Positions 27,605-28,600 of a stretch of 28,600 bases of DNA are shown here, piece by piece (the stretch's first letter is position 1; every line of letters begins with the position of its first letter). Below the pieces are notes generated by a model that saw only the letters and a program-made list of their open reading frames with translations, searched no databases and had not been told where the DNA came from. The stretch is taken from IMG/VR virus record IMGVR_UViG_2737471849_000006, one strand, 5' to 3'. Source of the DNA: a virus. Lineage: Duplodnaviria; Heunggongvirae; Uroviricota; Caudoviricetes. The translations under genes and the position numbers were made by a program.

Positions 27605-28600
27605 ATGTCTATTAAAAAGCTCGATGATGGTCGTTATGAAGTGGACGTCAGACCGCAGGGTGCAGATGGAAAACGTATCAGGCGGAAATTTAAAACTAAA
27701 GGTGAAGCTCAGGCATTCGAACGTCATGTACTGGTTAACTACCACAACAAAGAGTGGTTGGAGAAACCAGCCGACCGCCGAACTCTTACAGAGTTGTTAG
27801 GTAGATGGTGGATATATCACGGAAAATCACATGAGCGTGGAGATATTGAACGGGGGCGTTTAACGACAATAATCGCCAAATTTGCAGAAATGGGAGTGTC
27901 CAGAGCTGACCAGCTAACAAAGAAAACGATAACTGATTATCGCGTTGTAATGATGAACGATGGTCTAAAACCAGCCAGCGTAAATCGACATCTGGCAATA
28001 ATGAGCGGGATGTTCACCAAGTTAATTGACGCCGGTGAATACCACTCCCACAACCCGTTCCGTGAGATTAAACGGTTACGTGAAGCTGTTACGGAAATGG
28101 CTTTTTTGTCCAGTGAAGAGATTACGCGGCTGTTATCCATGCTTGATGGTGATGAATTAAATGCAACTCTGGTCTGCCTTTCTACTGGTGGACGCTGGAG
28201 TGAAGTGTCTAATTTAAAAGCTGAACACATCATTAACCAGATGGTTACGTTTATGAAAACTAAAAACGGAAAACGCAGGACAATTCCCGTTTCGCAGGAC
28301 CTGATTAAACGGATCAAGACCAAAAATTCAGGCAGGCTTTTTAATGCCAGTTACTACAAAGTGCGTAACGCTCTCAGGGAAGTAAAACCCGATTTACCTG
28401 ACGGACAAGCAGTACATGTTTTGAGGCATACATTTGCCACACATTTTATAATGAATGGAGGTAACATAATCACATTGCAGCGCATCCTGGGTCATTCTAA
28501 CATTCAGCAAACTATGACCTACGCACACTTTGCACCGGATTTCTTACAAGATGCTGTGACTCTTAACCCGGTGTCAGGAATGTCCATAATGCGTCCATAA
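27605..28600 (+). CDS. int: tyrosine site-specific integrase
   Basis: 331 aa with the conserved C-terminal catalytic region (HVLRHTFAT...LGHSNIQQTMTYAH); the TAA stop is the last codon of the window. Confidence 0.88.
   Translation: MSIKKLDDGRYEVDVRPQGADGKRIRRKFKTKGEAQAFERHVLVNYHNKEWLEKPADRRTLTELLGRWWIYHGKSHERGDIERGRLTTIIAKFAEMGVSRADQLTKKTITDYRVVMMNDGLKPASVNRHLAIMSGMFTKLIDAGEYHSHNPFREIKRLREAVTEMAFLSSEEITRLLSMLDGDELNATLVCLSTGGRWSEVSNLKAEHIINQMVTFMKTKNGKRRTIPVSQDLIKRIKTKNSGRLFNASYYKVRNALREVKPDLPDGQAVHVLRHTFATHFIMNGGNIITLQRILGHSNIQQTMTYAHFAPDFLQDAVTLNPVSGMSIMRP

Larger units (their letters stand above)
1..28600. mobile_element. P2-like prophage, near-complete span from ogr to int, with the capsid module deleted
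   Basis: Gene order and protein lengths match P2 throughout (ogr 72 aa, D 387, U 159, T 815, FI 396, FII 172, G 175, H 669, I 176, J 302, W 115, V 211, S 150, R 155, K 165, Y 93, Q 344, B 166), plus the P2 cos sequence and a C-int immunity/integration module. Att sites are not inside the window. Confidence 0.9.

Noticed and set aside
1-28600. CRISPR arrays, tRNA or rRNA genes
   Set aside because: No short regularly spaced direct repeats or tRNA-like cloverleaf segments were seen; the only repeats found are inside H and in the immunity region.

Overview
The window is almost an entire P2-like (Peduovirus-type) prophage, running from ogr at the left edge to the integrase at the right edge; the att sites lie outside it. 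Gene calls rest on my recognition of P2 protein sequences and lengths from the supplied translations; no database search was run. Tail, baseplate, tail-fibre and lysis genes are on the minus strand (ogr-D-U-T-E/E'-FII-FI, G-H-I-J-W-V, S-R-lysC-lysB-lysA-K-Y), followed by portal Q, an intact 19-nt cos site, the replication/early genes (A, TraR-like, B, orf78, cox-like) and the C repressor and integrase. Two things stand out. First, the capsid module is deleted: only the last ~21 codons of X and the C-terminal ~280 codons of terminase P remain, fused at ~17608, so O, N, M and L are absent and the prophage is head-less. Second, three AT-rich cargo loci sit at the known P2 variable slots: a tightly coupled OLD-family ABC ATPase (555 aa) plus a 333-aa partner between cos and A (the old/tin slot), a 528-aa P-loop NTPase between FI and G (the Z/fun slot), and a 261-aa three-helix membrane protein between V and S (the orf30 slot). 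The two-gene ATPase cassette is the best candidate for an uncharacterised anti-phage system. I cannot tell from sequence alone whether the other two are orthologues of P2's own fun(Z) and orf30 or different cargo. No rRNA, tRNA or CRISPR array was seen.
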